Positions 37,885 to 47,954 of a stretch of DNA of 60,523 nt are shown here, one piece after another. The stretch is from an uncultured Bacilli bacterium (GTDB lineage Bacteria > Bacillota_I > Bacilli_A > RF39 > UBA660). The notes beneath the pieces were generated by a model. It worked only from the letters and a program-made list of their open reading frames with translations. It did no database searches and had not been told where the DNA came from. How positions within the stretch are numbered: position 1 is the stretch's first letter; every line of letters begins with the position of its first letter. The stretch is taken from contig CANPZG010000004.1 in assembly GCA_947588765.1 (NCBI GenBank), positions 1 to 60,523 on the forward strand. The letters run 5' to 3'. The position numbers were made by a program, and so were the translations under genes.

Positions 37885-37920
37885 TGGACAGTTTTAAGAA
37901 ATCTAAGTAAATAAAAGGAA

Positions 37921-37968
37921 AAAACGACAAAAAAGTAAGACCAGTGGTTAACGATTTTGTCGTTTTTT
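37921..37968 (+). terminator. Terminator region after paralog C
   Basis: AAAACGACAAAA ... TTTTGTCGTTTTTT. The long-range stem has a 22-nt loop; a smaller alternative is AACGA-ttttg-TCGTT followed by a T-run. Confidence 0.5.
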
Positions 37969-38024
37969 AATATAAGTAAGCATTTTTTATATCAAATAAT
38001 GATTTTCGAAACAATTTTAGTTGC

Positions 38025-38064
38025 TATGACGAATTTTTTTGCATTTGCAAAGAATTTCGTCATA
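38025..38064. repeat. Right copy of the 40-bp element, in inverted orientation
   Basis: TATGACGAATTTTTTTGCATTTGCAAAGAATTTCGTCATA is the exact reverse complement of 35552-35591. Confidence 0.9.
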
Positions 38065-38122
38065 GGATTATTGACAAGACTTAAGAAAAATTATAAAATC
38101 TTATTAGAAAGTTGGTTTATTT

Positions 38123-39376
38123 ATGATAATAAAAAGAGATTCTTATTTGGAACAATTAAAATCAAGAGAAAATAATGGCTTAATTAAAGTTATTACAGGT
38201 TTACGTAGATCAGGAAAATCATATTTATTATTTAATCTATTTTATGATTATTTGATAGATAAGGGAATAGCTAAATCTCATATTATAACTATTGCTTTGG
38301 ATGATTTAACAAATGAAAAATTAAGAGACCCCTATAATATTCTTGATTATATTAAAAAAAGTATAAAAGATGATGATTTATATTATATATTTTTAGATGA
38401 AATTCAATATTTAAATAGATTTGAAGAAGTTTTAAATAGCTTATTACATATAAAAAATGTTGATGTTTATGTGACAGGAAGTAATTCAAAATTGTTGTCA
38501 AAAGATGTTATTACTGAATTTAGAGGCCGTGGAGATGAAATAAAAGTTTATCCTTTGTCTTTTAAAGAGTTTTATTCGGTTTATAATGGAACTATTGATG
38601 AAGCATGGGATGATTATTTTAATTATGGTGGAATGCCCTTAGTTCTTTCGTACAAGGATGTTTCTCAAAAAGTTAATTATTTAAAATCTTTATTTGATAA
38701 AGTTTATATATCAGACATATTAGAAAGATATAATATAAAAAATAAAGTTGAATTAGATGAATTATTAAATATATTATCTTCTGATATTGGTTCACTTACT
38801 AATCCTTTAAAACTTTCTAAAATATTTTCTAGCGGCAAAAGCGTTAAAATAAGTGATAAAACAATTAATAGATATATTGGATATTTAGAGGATGCTTTTT
38901 TAATAAGTAAGGTTCAACGATTTGATATAAAAGGCAAGAAATATATTAATTCTCCTTTTAAATATTATTTCGAGGATATTGGCTTAAGAAATGCTCGTTT
39001 AAATTTTAGACAAGTAGAAGAAAATCATGTTATGGAAAATATTATATATAACGAATTAAAGGTTCGAGGATACAATGTTGATATTGGAATTGTTAATGTT
39101 TACGATTATGATAAAAAGGGGAAAAGAATATTAAAGAATTATGAAGTAGACTTTATAGCTTCAAAAGAAAATAATAAATATTATATTCAATCAGCTTTTT
39201 CTATCGATAATATAGAAAAATTAAATCAAGAAACGAATTCACTTAATAATATTAAGGATTCCTTTAAAAAAATTGTAATTGTAAGAAATAATATTAAACC
39301 TCGAAAAGATGAAAATGGTATAACTACAATGGGAATTTATAATTTTCTTTTAGAGGAAAATAGTTTAGATTTATAA
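38123..39376 (+). CDS. AAA+ ATPase of the AAA_14/DUF4143 type
   Basis: Walker A in GLRRSGKSYLL and Walker B in YIFLDEIQ. The C-terminal DUF4143-like, restriction-endonuclease-like region includes EVDFIA. Confidence 0.75.
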   Translation: MIIKRDSYLEQLKSRENNGLIKVITGLRRSGKSYLLFNLFYDYLIDKGIAKSHIITIALDDLTNEKLRDPYNILDYIKKSIKDDDLYYIFLDEIQYLNRFEEVLNSLLHIKNVDVYVTGSNSKLLSKDVITEFRGRGDEIKVYPLSFKEFYSVYNGTIDEAWDDYFNYGGMPLVLSYKDVSQKVNYLKSLFDKVYISDILERYNIKNKVELDELLNILSSDIGSLTNPLKLSKIFSSGKSVKISDKTINRYIGYLEDAFLISKVQRFDIKGKKYINSPFKYYFEDIGLRNARLNFRQVEENHVMENIIYNELKVRGYNVDIGIVNVYDYDKKGKRILKNYEVDFIASKENNKYYIQSAFSIDNIEKLNQETNSLNNIKDSFKKIVIVRNNIKPRKDENGITTMGIYNFLLEENSLDL

Positions 39377-39380
39377 AAAT

Positions 39381-39412
39381 AAGCAAGTTTTGTCAAAAAA
39401 AGCTTGCTTTTT
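39381..39412 (+). terminator. Terminator after the ATPase gene, upstream of the S10 operon promoter/leader
   Basis: AAGCAAGTT-ttgtcaaaaaa-AGCTTGCTTTTT. An extended -10-like TGTTAGAAT follows at ~39424-39432. Confidence 0.6.
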
Positions 39413-39566
39413 CATATGCTTTAGTGTTAGAATGATATTCGTATGACTGCGTAGATGTGCAAGGTTACTGATACACTAGGATAAGTTGGTAAAATTATTT
39501 ATAGGTTTCGGAGAATTTGTACGGAGCAAGTCTATACTAGATATAGGCGAAAGGAGGACATGGAAA

Positions 39567-39875
39567 ATGTCAAATAACAAAGTGAGAATCAATTTAAGAG
39601 CTTATGATCATCGTTTACTTGATGTTGCAGCTGGAAAAATTGTAGAAACTGTTAAAAGAACTGGTGGGGAAATATCTGGTCCAGTACCACTACCTACAGA
39701 AATTGAAAAAGTAACAGTTTTAAGAGCGGTACATAAATATAAAGATGCTCGTGAACAATTTGAAAGAAGAACTCATAAGAGATTAATTGATATTAAAAAT
39801 CCTAGTAAGGAAACTGTTGATGCGTTGAATCACTTAGATTTACCAAGTGGTGTTGACATCAAAATAAAATTATAA
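39567..39875 (+). CDS. rpsJ: 30S ribosomal protein S10
   Basis: AAGGAGG RBS then ATG 39567. [15 protein letters not shown]...GPVPLPTE...HKRLIDI. Confidence 0.96.
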   Translation: MSNNKVRINLRAYDHRLLDVAAGKIVETVKRTGGEISGPVPLPTEIEKVTVLRAVHKYKDAREQFERRTHKRLIDIKNPSKETVDALNHLDLPSGVDIKIKL

Positions 39876-39895
39876 GAAAAGGAAGGTATTAGAAA

Positions 39896-40729
39896 ATGAA
39901 AGGAATCTTAGGACGCAAAAGCGGAATGACTCAAGTATTTACTAAAGATGGTAAACTAATTCCTGTTACAGTAGTAGAAGTTGAACCTAATATTGTAATG
40001 CAAGTTAAAACTTTAGATAAAGATGGATATGAAGCCATTCAACTAGGCGTATTTGAAAAGAAAGAAAAGAAAGCTACTAAATCTGAAGTAGCAAGAGCTA
40101 AAAAAGCAAACACAACTCCTAAGCGCTTCTTAAAAGAAATAAGAGGTGTCGATGCTACTTACAATGTAGGAGATAAATTAGGAGCAGATGTATTTAATGT
40201 TGGAGAAGTTGTTGATGTAACAGGAACTAGTAAAGGTAAAGGTTTCCAAGGTACAATTAAACGTCATAACCAACATCGTGGACCTATGACTCATGGTTCT
40301 CACTATCATAGAGCTGTTGGTTCTTTAGGTACTATGTTACCAAAAAGAGTATTAAAGGGTAAAAATTTACCAGGACATATGGGAGCTGAAACTGTAACTA
40401 TTCAAAATCTTGAAATTATTGAAGTTAATGCAAATGAAAATTACATTTTAGTAAGTGGAAATGTTCCTGGAGCTAAAGATTCTCTAGTATTAATTAAGAG
40501 TGCTGTTAAAAACTCTCGTAAAGAAAATGCTAAAGAAATTATAAGTTATGAAGAAGAAACTGTAGTTGACGAAGTTGTTGAAGAAACTCCTGCTGCAGAA
40601 GAAGTAGCAACTGAAGAATCTCAAGAAGTTGAAAATGATGCAACTGAAACTGAAGAAGCAGTAGAAGAAAAAGTTGAAGAAAGTTCTAGTGAAGCTGAAG
40701 GCAACACAGAAGAAAGTAAAAGCGAATAG
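39896..40729 (+). CDS. rplC: 50S ribosomal protein L3 with a ~60-aa acidic C-terminal extension
   Basis: [15 protein letters not shown]...[12 protein letters not shown]... is the L3 core, ending near aa 205. The tail is Glu-rich ([51 protein letters not shown]). Confidence 0.95.
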   Translation: MKGILGRKSGMTQVFTKDGKLIPVTVVEVEPNIVMQVKTLDKDGYEAIQLGVFEKKEKKATKSEVARAKKANTTPKRFLKEIRGVDATYNVGDKLGADVFNVGEVVDVTGTSKGKGFQGTIKRHNQHRGPMTHGSHYHRAVGSLGTMLPKRVLKGKNLPGHMGAETVTIQNLEIIEVNANENYILVSGNVPGAKDSLVLIKSAVKNSRKENAKEIISYEEETVVDEVVEETPAAEEVATEESQEVENDATETEEAVEEKVEESSSEAEGNTEESKSE

Positions 40730-40745
40730 GAAAGGAAGTTAGAAT

Positions 40746-41372
40746 ATGACAAAAGTTAGTGTTAAAAACCTTAAAGGTGAAAAAGTAAAAGATTTAACTT
40801 TAAATGATGCTATTTGGAATATTGAAGTTAATGATGACTGCCTAAAGAAAATGATTCGCTTACAACTTGATGCAACTCGTCAAGGAACTAGAAAAACTAA
40901 AAACAGAAGCGAAGTTTCTGGTGGTGGAAAGAAACCTTGGAGTCAAAAAGGTACTGGTCGTGCTCGTCAAGGTAGTATTCGGGCTACACAATGGCGTGGT
41001 GGCGGTATTCCTTTTGGAGTATCTCCTCGGGATTACACTTTTAAAATTAATAAGAAAGAAAGAGTTATTGCATTAAAAACTGCTTTAACATATAAAAATA
41101 AGGAAAAGGCATTAATCGTAATTGATAATATTGCTTTAAAAGGATTAAAAACTAAAGAAGCTGTTGAAATATTAAAGGCTTTAAAACTTGAAGGCGAAAA
41201 AACATTATTCGTAACAAGTGATGAAAATGAAAACTTATATATGGCTACAAGAAACTTAGCAAATGTTGCTGTTATTATGGCTGGTGAAATCAATTGTTAT
41301 GATTTAGTTAATGCTGATGTTCTTGTATGTGATGAAGCAGCTGTAAAAGATATTGAGGAGGCATTAAAATAA
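40746..41372 (+). CDS. rplD: 50S ribosomal protein L4
   Basis: SGGGKKPWSQKGTGRARQGSIRATQWRGGG. Confidence 0.96.
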   Translation: MTKVSVKNLKGEKVKDLTLNDAIWNIEVNDDCLKKMIRLQLDATRQGTRKTKNRSEVSGGGKKPWSQKGTGRARQGSIRATQWRGGGIPFGVSPRDYTFKINKKERVIALKTALTYKNKEKALIVIDNIALKGLKTKEAVEILKALKLEGEKTLFVTSDENENLYMATRNLANVAVIMAGEINCYDLVNADVLVCDEAAVKDIEEALK

Positions 41373-41647
41373 TGAAACATTATTCGGATATTATTATTGC
41401 TCCTGTTATAACTGAAAAGTCTATGGCAGCAAGAAGTGCAAATGTTTATACATTTAAAGTTGCTAAGACTGCTAATAAAGATGAAATCAAAAGAGCAGTT
41501 GAAGAAGCATTTAAAGTCAAAGTAGTTAGTGTTAATACATTAAATACTAAATCTAAAAAAAGAAGAGTTGGAAGATACTCAGGAAGAACTAAAACTTATA
41601 AAAAAGCTATGGTTACTGTAGCTGAAGGTTCTTCTATCGAAGTTTAG
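41372..41647 (+). CDS. rplW: 50S ribosomal protein L23
   Basis: DIIIAPVITEKS....YTFKV...KDEIKRAVEEAFKVKV. Confidence 0.95.
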   Translation: MKHYSDIIIAPVITEKSMAARSANVYTFKVAKTANKDEIKRAVEEAFKVKVVSVNTLNTKSKKRRVGRYSGRTKTYKKAMVTVAEGSSIEV

Positions 41648-41659
41648 GAGGTTTAAATC

Positions 41660-42490
41660 ATGGCTATAAAACATTATAAACCAACGACAAATGGTCGAAG
41701 AGGAATGACTACCCTTCAAAATGAAGAACTAACAAATTCCAAACCAACTAAGTCTTTACTAAAAAGACAAAGTAAAACTGGTGGTAGAAATAATCAAGGT
41801 AAAATGACAGTTCGCCATATTGGTGGTGGTGCTCGTAAAAAATATCGGGTTATTGATTACAAAAGAAATAAAATCGGTATTACTGGTAGAGTTGCGACAA
41901 TTGAATATGACCCAAATAGAACTGCAAATATTGCTTTAATTAATTATCTTGATGGAGAAAAAAGATATATTATTGCGCCTAATGGTTTAAAAGTTGGGGC
42001 AATTATCGAAAATGGTAAAGATGCTGATATTAAAGTTGGTAATGCTCTACCTTTAGCAAGTATCCCAGTTGGTACAGTAGTTCATTGTATTGAACTTCAA
42101 CCTGGTAAAGGTGCTGAACTATGCCGTAGTGCTGGTACTTCAGCTCAAATATTAGGTCGTGAAGGAAAATATGTATTACTTCGTTTACAATCAGGTGAAA
42201 CAAGAAAAATTCTTGGAACTTGTATGGCTACAGTTGGTGTAGTTGGTAACGAAGATATAAAACTAGTTAATTTAGGAAAAGCAGGTCGTAAAAGACATAT
42301 GGGTATTCGTCCTACAAACCGTGGATCTGTTATGAACCCTAACGATCACCCTCATGGTGGTGGTGAAGGTCGTGCTCCAGTTGGACGTAAGAGCCCAATG
42401 ACTCCATGGGGTAAACCTGCACTTGGACATAAAACTCGTAAATCTAAAAAAGCTTCTGAAAAACTAATTATTAGTAGGAAGGCTAAATAG
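41660..42490 (+). CDS. rplB: 50S ribosomal protein L2
   Basis: [14 protein letters not shown]...GGGARKKYR...[15 protein letters not shown]. Confidence 0.97.
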   Translation: MAIKHYKPTTNGRRGMTTLQNEELTNSKPTKSLLKRQSKTGGRNNQGKMTVRHIGGGARKKYRVIDYKRNKIGITGRVATIEYDPNRTANIALINYLDGEKRYIIAPNGLKVGAIIENGKDADIKVGNALPLASIPVGTVVHCIELQPGKGAELCRSAGTSAQILGREGKYVLLRLQSGETRKILGTCMATVGVVGNEDIKLVNLGKAGRKRHMGIRPTNRGSVMNPNDHPHGGGEGRAPVGRKSPMTPWGKPALGHKTRKSKKASEKLIISRKAK

Positions 42491-42499
42491 GAGGATTAA

Positions 42500-42763
42500 A
42501 TGGCAAGAAGTTTAAAGAAAGGACCTTATGTTGCTGAGTCCTTAATGAAAAAAGTTAAAAGTATGAATGAAAGTGGAAAGAAAACTGTTATTAAAACTTG
42601 GTCTAGAAGATCAACAATTTTCCCAGATTTCGTGGGACATACATTTGCTGTTCACAATGGCAAAGACTTTATTCCAGTTTATGTAACAGAAGATATGGTA
42701 GGTCATAAATTAGGTGAGTTTAGTCAAACTCGTAAATTTGGTGGCCATGCTGGTAATAAGTAG
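42500..42763 (+). CDS. rpsS: 30S ribosomal protein S19
   Basis: [11 protein letters not shown]...[23 protein letters not shown]. Confidence 0.97.
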   Translation: MARSLKKGPYVAESLMKKVKSMNESGKKTVIKTWSRRSTIFPDFVGHTFAVHNGKDFIPVYVTEDMVGHKLGEFSQTRKFGGHAGNK

Positions 42764-42771
42764 GAGGTAAT

Positions 42772-43116
42772 ATGGAAGCTTATGCAATACATAAAAACGC
42801 TTTAATTAAACCTAGACTTGCGCGTATGACTATGGATTTAATTAGAGGTAAAGATGTAAAAACTGCGCAAGGTATATTAGAAAATACTAATACTAAAGCA
42901 AGTAAGTTAATTTTAAAAGTATTAAACTCTGCTGTTGCCAATGCAGTAAATAACCAAGGAGCTAATGAAGATGATTTAAGAATTAAAGAATGTTTCATTA
43001 ATCCAGGACCTATTTATAAAAGAATTAAATTCGCATCACGTGGTCATGTTGATCGTCATGATAAAAGAAGTAGCCATATAACGGTATGTGTTACTGATGA
43101 AAAAGGAGGTAAATAG
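42772..43116 (+). CDS. rplV: 50S ribosomal protein L22
   Basis: PRLARMTMDLIRGKDV..A..IL...KASKLILKVLNSAVANA. Confidence 0.95.
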   Translation: MEAYAIHKNALIKPRLARMTMDLIRGKDVKTAQGILENTNTKASKLILKVLNSAVANAVNNQGANEDDLRIKECFINPGPIYKRIKFASRGHVDRHDKRSSHITVCVTDEKGGK

Positions 43117-43119
43117 AAT

Positions 43120-43797
43120 ATGGGACAAAAAGTTAATCCAATAGGATACCGTCTAGGTGTTAATAAAGATTGGCAATCTAAATGGTATGCTGATGATGAC
43201 TATGCTGAAAAGTTAATTAAAGATGTTAAAATTCGTGAATATCTTGAAAATAAACTTAAAGATGCTGCCATTGCTTCAATTATTATTGAACGTAAAGGTG
43301 CCCGTTTAGAAGTTTCTATTTATACTGCTAAACCTGGTGTTATCATTGGTCGTGGTGGCGAAGATATTGAAAAATTAAGAAAAGAAATCGCTAAATTAAT
43401 TGGTGAAGAAGTTTATATTAATATTATTGAAGAAAAGAATCCTGATTTAAATGCGATGTTAGTTGCGAAAAATATTGCTAGTCAAATTGAAGCAAGAGCA
43501 CCATTCCGTTCCGTTCAAAAAAGAGCTATTCGTAATACCATGAAAGCTGGAGCTAAGGGATGTAAAACGGCTGTATCTGGTCGTTTAGGTGGTGCCGAAA
43601 TGGCTCGTACTGAAGGTTATACTGAAGGTACAGTTCCACTACATACAATTAGAGCTGATGTTGACTATGCAACAGCTGAAGCTAACACAACATATGGTAA
43701 AATTGGGGTTAAAGTATGGATTTACAAAAATGAAATTTTACCTACAAAGAAAACTGTGAAGGGAGCTGAAGGTCATGTTGATGCCAAAGAGAACTAA
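43120..43797 (+). CDS. rpsC: 30S ribosomal protein S3
   Basis: [13 protein letters not shown]...[16 protein letters not shown]...[10 protein letters not shown]. Confidence 0.97.
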   Translation: MGQKVNPIGYRLGVNKDWQSKWYADDDYAEKLIKDVKIREYLENKLKDAAIASIIIERKGARLEVSIYTAKPGVIIGRGGEDIEKLRKEIAKLIGEEVYINIIEEKNPDLNAMLVAKNIASQIEARAPFRSVQKRAIRNTMKAGAKGCKTAVSGRLGGAEMARTEGYTEGTVPLHTIRADVDYATAEANTTYGKIGVKVWIYKNEILPTKKTVKGAEGHVDAKEN

Positions 43798-44200
43798 GTA
43801 TCGTAAGAGCCATCGTTTAAGTTATGATGGTAAAGCCAAAGGAAATAAAGAACTTTCTTTTGGGGAATACGGACTTAAAGCTTTAGAAGGTGGATGGATT
43901 TCTGCTCGCCAAATAGAAGCAGCCAGAATTGCAATGACTCGTTATATGAAACGTGGTGGTAAAGTATTTATTAATATTTTCCCACATATGCCAAGAACTA
44001 AAAAACCTCTTGAAACTCGTCAAGGTAAAGGTAAAGGTAACGTTGAAGAATGGGTAGCAGTAGTTAAAACTGGTAAAATTATGTTTGAAATAACTGGTGT
44101 TGATGAAGCAACTGCTCGTGAAGCATTACGTCTTGCATCTCACAAGTTATCTATTAAAACTAAATTTGTAAAGAAGGATGGTGATTCTCTTGGAAATTAA
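43775..44200 (+). CDS. rplP: 50S ribosomal protein L16
   Basis: [11 protein letters not shown]...[15 protein letters not shown]...[19 protein letters not shown]. Confidence 0.97.
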   Translation: MLMPKRTKYRKSHRLSYDGKAKGNKELSFGEYGLKALEGGWISARQIEAARIAMTRYMKRGGKVFINIFPHMPRTKKPLETRQGKGKGNVEEWVAVVKTGKIMFEITGVDEATAREALRLASHKLSIKTKFVKKDGDSLGN

Positions 44201-44393
44201 AGACCTAAGAAAATTATCTGATGCAGAACTTGCAAAGAAAATAAAAGAAACAAAAGAAGAATTATTTGTTAAAAGAATGCAACATGCTAATGGAACGCTT
44301 GAAAAACCAAAACAATTAACAGCGTTAAGAAGAGATGTTGCTAGAATGAAAACAATTCTTAATGAAAGAAAAATAAGTGGAGGTGTTAAATAA
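44178..44393 (+). CDS. rpmC: 50S ribosomal protein L29
   Basis: ..[25 protein letters not shown]. The start is ambiguous among ATG 44178, GTG 44181 and TTG 44190. Overlaps the end of rplP. Confidence 0.92.
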   Translation: MVILLEIKDLRKLSDAELAKKIKETKEELFVKRMQHANGTLEKPKQLTALRRDVARMKTILNERKISGGVK

Positions 44394-44650
44394 TGACTGA
44401 TAATAAACCAGTGTTAGTAGGAAAAGTAGTTAGTGCTAATAACAATAAAACAATTACGGTTTTAGTTGAAACTGCGAAAAAACATCCACTATATAATAAG
44501 AGAGTTAAATATTCTAAGAAATATGCAGCTCATGATGAAAATAATAAAGCAAAAGTAGGAGATACAGTAAAAATTAGAATGACTAGACCATTATCTAAAA
44601 CTAAAAGATATGAACTAGTAGAAGTTTTAATTGATGCTGTTATCCTTTAG
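44393..44650 (+). CDS. rpsQ: 30S ribosomal protein S17
   Basis: [20 protein letters not shown]...[16 protein letters not shown]. Confidence 0.96.
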   Translation: MTDNKPVLVGKVVSANNNKTITVLVETAKKHPLYNKRVKYSKKYAAHDENNKAKVGDTVKIRMTRPLSKTKRYELVEVLIDAVIL

Positions 44651-44662
44651 GGAGGTAATTTT

Positions 44663-45031
44663 ATGGTAATGCAAGAATCAAGACTTAATGTTGCCGATAA
44701 CAGTGGAGCTCGTGAACTTTTAGTTATAAGAGTTATGGGTGGATCTAAAGTTAAATATGGTAATATTGGTGATGTAGTTGTGGGAACTGTAAAAAAAGCA
44801 ATCCCTAATAGCCCTATCAAAAAGGGGAAAGTTGTAAAAGCAGTTATTGTTAGAACTGTTGAAGGTGTTAGACGCCCAGATGGTTCATATATCAAATTTT
44901 CAGACAATGCTTGTGTTTTAATTAAAGATGATAAATCACCAGTTGGAACACGTGTACTTGGACCTGTTGCTAGAGAATTAAGAGAAAAAGATTATATGAA
45001 AATCGTTTCTTTAGCACCAGAAGTTTTATAG
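44663..45031 (+). CDS. rplN: 50S ribosomal protein L14
   Basis: [25 protein letters not shown]. Confidence 0.97.
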   Translation: MVMQESRLNVADNSGARELLVIRVMGGSKVKYGNIGDVVVGTVKKAIPNSPIKKGKVVKAVIVRTVEGVRRPDGSYIKFSDNACVLIKDDKSPVGTRVLGPVARELREKDYMKIVSLAPEVL

Positions 45032-45040
45032 GAGGATTAC

Positions 45041-45376
45041 ATGAAAGTTAAAGTTGGAGATAATGTAAAAATTCTTGCTGGTAAAGATAAAGGCAAAGAA
45101 GGAAAAGTAATTAGAACACTAAAATCAGAAAATAAAGTAGTAGTTGAAGGAATTAATATTGTTAAAAAACATTCTAAACCAACTAATACAAATGATAAAG
45201 GTGGAATATTTGATATCGAAGCTCCTCTTCATGTATCTAATGTAAAAGTAATAACTAATACTAAAGAAAGTAAGAAGAGTGAAAAGAAAGAAACAAAAAC
45301 TGTTAAAGAAAAGAAAGAAAAAGTAGCCAAAACAGAAAAACCTGTTAAAAAAACTACAAAGAAAGCGAGTAAGTAG
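45041..45376 (+). CDS. rplX: 50S ribosomal protein L24 with a Lys-rich low-complexity C-terminus
   Basis: MKVKVGDNVKILAGKDKGKEGKV...VEGINIVKKHSKP...APLHVSNV, followed by TKESKKSEKKETKTVKEKKEKVAKTEKPVKKTTKKASK. Confidence 0.95.
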   Translation: MKVKVGDNVKILAGKDKGKEGKVIRTLKSENKVVVEGINIVKKHSKPTNTNDKGGIFDIEAPLHVSNVKVITNTKESKKSEKKETKTVKEKKEKVAKTEKPVKKTTKKASK

Positions 45377-45379
45377 GAT

Positions 45380-45919
45380 ATGAGTAATTTTAAAGAATTA
45401 TATAATAAAAATATTGTACCTAGTTTAATGGATGAATATAAATATTCTTCTATTATGGCTGTACCTCGTTTAGAAAAAATAGTTGTTAATGTTGGTGTTG
45501 GTGAAGGAAGCAAAGATGAAAAATTCATTAATGCTGCTGTTAAAGACTTAGAACAAATTACTGGTCAAAAACCAATCGTAACTAAAGCTCATAAATCAAT
45601 CGCGGGCTTTAAAATAAGAGAAGGTCAATCAATTGGGGTTAAAGTTACTTTAAGAGGAGAAAATATGTATTATTTCCTTGAAAAGTTAATTAAAGTAGGA
45701 CTTCCTAGAGTAAGAGATTTCCGTGGAGTATCTGCTCATTCATTTGATGGACATGGAAACTATACAATAGGTATTAAAGAACAATTAATTTTCCCAGAAA
45801 TTGAATATGATGAAGTTGTTAAAGTACGTGGTATGGATATCGTATTTGTTACAACGGCAAAGAGCAATGAAGAAGCTAAGAGTTTACTTAAAGGCTTTGG
45901 AATGCCTTTCAAGAATTAA
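45380..45919 (+). CDS. rplE: 50S ribosomal protein L5
   Basis: [15 protein letters not shown]...[23 protein letters not shown]...[20 protein letters not shown]. Confidence 0.97.
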   Translation: MSNFKELYNKNIVPSLMDEYKYSSIMAVPRLEKIVVNVGVGEGSKDEKFINAAVKDLEQITGQKPIVTKAHKSIAGFKIREGQSIGVKVTLRGENMYYFLEKLIKVGLPRVRDFRGVSAHSFDGHGNYTIGIKEQLIFPEIEYDEVVKVRGMDIVFVTTAKSNEEAKSLLKGFGMPFKN

Positions 45920-45931
45920 GGAGGAAAAATA

Positions 45932-46117
45932 ATGGCTAAAAAAAGTATGATAGTTAAAAATAAAAGAACCCCTAAATTTTCAACTCGGGCATATACAAGA
46001 TGTAACAGATGTGGTAGACCTCATGCTGTATTGAAAAAATATGGAATTTGTAGAATTTGCTTTAGAGAATTAGCGAACGAAGGTAAATTACCTGGCGTTA
46101 AAAAATCTAGTTGGTAG
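45932..46117 (+). CDS. rpsN: 30S ribosomal protein S14, zinc-binding type Z (61 aa)
   Basis: MAKKSMIVK...[35 protein letters not shown], with CxxC...CxxC. Confidence 0.96.
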   Translation: MAKKSMIVKNKRTPKFSTRAYTRCNRCGRPHAVLKKYGICRICFRELANEGKLPGVKKSSW

Positions 46118-46130
46118 AAGGAGGAAAAAT

Positions 46131-46529
46131 ATGTTTGTACAAGATAAAATAGCAGATATGTTAACCAGAATCCGTAATGCTAATCAAATGAAATATCCTA
46201 CTGTTGAAGTAGTTGGGACAAAAATGACTTTAGGTATCGCGGAAATATTAAAAAAAGAAGGTTATATTGCTGATTATACTTATGAAAAAGATACTAAAGG
46301 TGATAAATTAACTTTAACTTTAAAATATGGTGAAAAGAAAGAAAAAGTTATCACTGGTTTAAAAAGAATAAGTAAATCAGGATTAAGAGTTTATGTTAAA
46401 GCTGATGAAGTTCCGCGCGTTCTAAATGGACTAGGTATTGCTATTATCTCAACTAGTGAAGGTTTAATGACTGATAAAGAAGCGAGAGCTAAAAAGTTAG
46501 GAGGCGAAGTTCTTGCCTATATTTGGTAA
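46131..46529 (+). CDS. rpsH: 30S ribosomal protein S8
   Basis: [14 protein letters not shown]...KKEGYI.......LRVY....[20 protein letters not shown]. Confidence 0.97.
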   Translation: MFVQDKIADMLTRIRNANQMKYPTVEVVGTKMTLGIAEILKKEGYIADYTYEKDTKGDKLTLTLKYGEKKEKVITGLKRISKSGLRVYVKADEVPRVLNGLGIAIISTSEGLMTDKEARAKKLGGEVLAYIW

Positions 46530-46535
46530 GGTATT

Positions 46536-47072
46536 ATGAGTAGAATTGGAGAAAGAAAATTAGTAATCCCTGCAAATGTTACCGTATCAATGGAAGGTAA
46601 TGAACTTAGTGTAAAGGGACCTAAAGGCGAATTAAAATTAGTTGTTGATGCTTTAATCGATGTTAAAGTAGAAGATAATACAGTTATTACAAAACAAAAG
46701 AAAGCATCAAAAAGAGCAAATGTTATGCAAGGAACAGTAAATTCATTAATTAATAATATGTTAATTGGTACTTCAACTGGTTTTACTAAAAGTCTAGAAG
46801 CTGTTGGGGTAGGTTATAGATTTAATGTTCAAGGCAATAAAATTACAATTAATGCAGGTTATTCTCATCCTGTTGTAGTTAATGCTCCAGAAGGTATATC
46901 TGTAACTAGTGAATCAAATACAGAAATTACCTTACATGGTATTGATAAACAAAAAGTTTCAGAATTTGCAGCGAAACTTAGAGAAGTAAGAGAACCTGAA
47001 CCTTATAAAGGAAAAGGTATAAGATATAAAGATGAACATGTTCGTCATAAAGACGGAAAGAAAGCGGCATAA
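46536..47072 (+). CDS. rplF: 50S ribosomal protein L6
   Basis: MSRIGERKLVIPANVTV...VKGPKGEL...GVGYRF...PEPYKGKGIRY. Confidence 0.97.
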   Translation: MSRIGERKLVIPANVTVSMEGNELSVKGPKGELKLVVDALIDVKVEDNTVITKQKKASKRANVMQGTVNSLINNMLIGTSTGFTKSLEAVGVGYRFNVQGNKITINAGYSHPVVVNAPEGISVTSESNTEITLHGIDKQKVSEFAAKLREVREPEPYKGKGIRYKDEHVRHKDGKKAA

Positions 47073-47083
47073 GGAGGTAAATT

Positions 47084-47440
47084 ATGATAAAGAAAGAAGC
47101 TAATAATAAAGCTCGTCAAAGAAGACATTTAAGAGTTAGAAAAAATGTAAGTGGTACTAAAGAAGTGCCAAGATTAAATGTATATCGTTCAAATAATGGT
47201 ATTTATGCCCAAGTTATTAATGATGTTGATGGTAAGACATTAACTAGTTCATCAAATCTTGAATTAAAAATTAAAAATGGTGGTAATATCGAAGCTGCTA
47301 AAGCAGTTGGAAAAGATATTGCAGAAAAATGTTTAAAATTAAAAATTAAGAAAGTTGTTTTTGACCGTGGAGGATATCAATATCATGGTCGTGTTTCTGC
47401 CCTTGCAGATGCTGCAAGAGAAGCAGGTTTAGAGTTTTAG
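47084..47440 (+). CDS. rplR: 50S ribosomal protein L18
   Basis: [15 protein letters not shown]...[17 protein letters not shown]...[26 protein letters not shown]. Confidence 0.97.
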   Translation: MIKKEANNKARQRRHLRVRKNVSGTKEVPRLNVYRSNNGIYAQVINDVDGKTLTSSSNLELKIKNGGNIEAAKAVGKDIAEKCLKLKIKKVVFDRGGYQYHGRVSALADAAREAGLEF

Positions 47441-47449
47441 GAGGGTAAC

Positions 47450-47953
47450 GTGAGAAATCAAAAGTTTGAACAAAAGAAAAGTTTATTAGAAGAAAAAGTT
47501 ATTTCTATCGGTAGAGTAACAAAAGTTACTCAAGGTGGAAGACATTTTAGATTCTCTGCTACTGTTGCGGTTGGTAATCGTAAAGGTTTAATTGGTATTG
47601 GTAATGGAAAGGCTAATGAAGTTCCAGAAGCTATCAAAAAAGCTTTACAAGCAGCCCAAAAGAATGTTGTAAAAGTTGCTCTTTTAGACAATAGAACTAT
47701 TCCTCATGAAGCAACTGCTAAAGTTGGTCGTTCTGTTGTTTTACTAAAACCTGCTAAAGAAGGTCGTGGTATTATCGCTGGTGGAGCAGCTAGAGCAGTT
47801 TTAGAACTTGCCGGAATTAAAGATATCGTTTCTAAATCTTTAGGTTCTAATACGCAAGTTAATGTTGCCAAAGCTACTTTAGAAGCATTATTAATGCAAA
47901 GAACACCAGAACATATTGCTGAACTTCGTGGCAAGAAAGTTGAGGAGTTATAA
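47450..47953 (+). CDS. rpsE: 30S ribosomal protein S5
   Basis: GTG start after [47 protein letters not shown]. Confidence 0.97.
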   Translation: MRNQKFEQKKSLLEEKVISIGRVTKVTQGGRHFRFSATVAVGNRKGLIGIGNGKANEVPEAIKKALQAAQKNVVKVALLDNRTIPHEATAKVGRSVVLLKPAKEGRGIIAGGAARAVLELAGIKDIVSKSLGSNTQVNVAKATLEALLMQRTPEHIAELRGKKVEEL

Positions 47954-47954
47954 T

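Noticed and set aside
35552-38064. A classical invertible promoter switch (fim/hin-type) formed by the 40-bp inverted repeats.
   Set aside because: It cannot be excluded, but I rate it unlikely as a simple promoter flip. The bracketed segment contains complete genes with their own divergent promoters and terminators, so inversion would not obviously change expression. No recombinase gene is adjacent. I kept it as a finding under the broader reading of cassette boundary or REP-like element.
37957-38175. 72-aa plus-strand ORF between paralog C and the ATPase gene.
   Set aside because: It starts within the terminator, reads through the 40-bp inverted repeat, overlaps the ATPase start and has no RBS. 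It is most likely non-coding.
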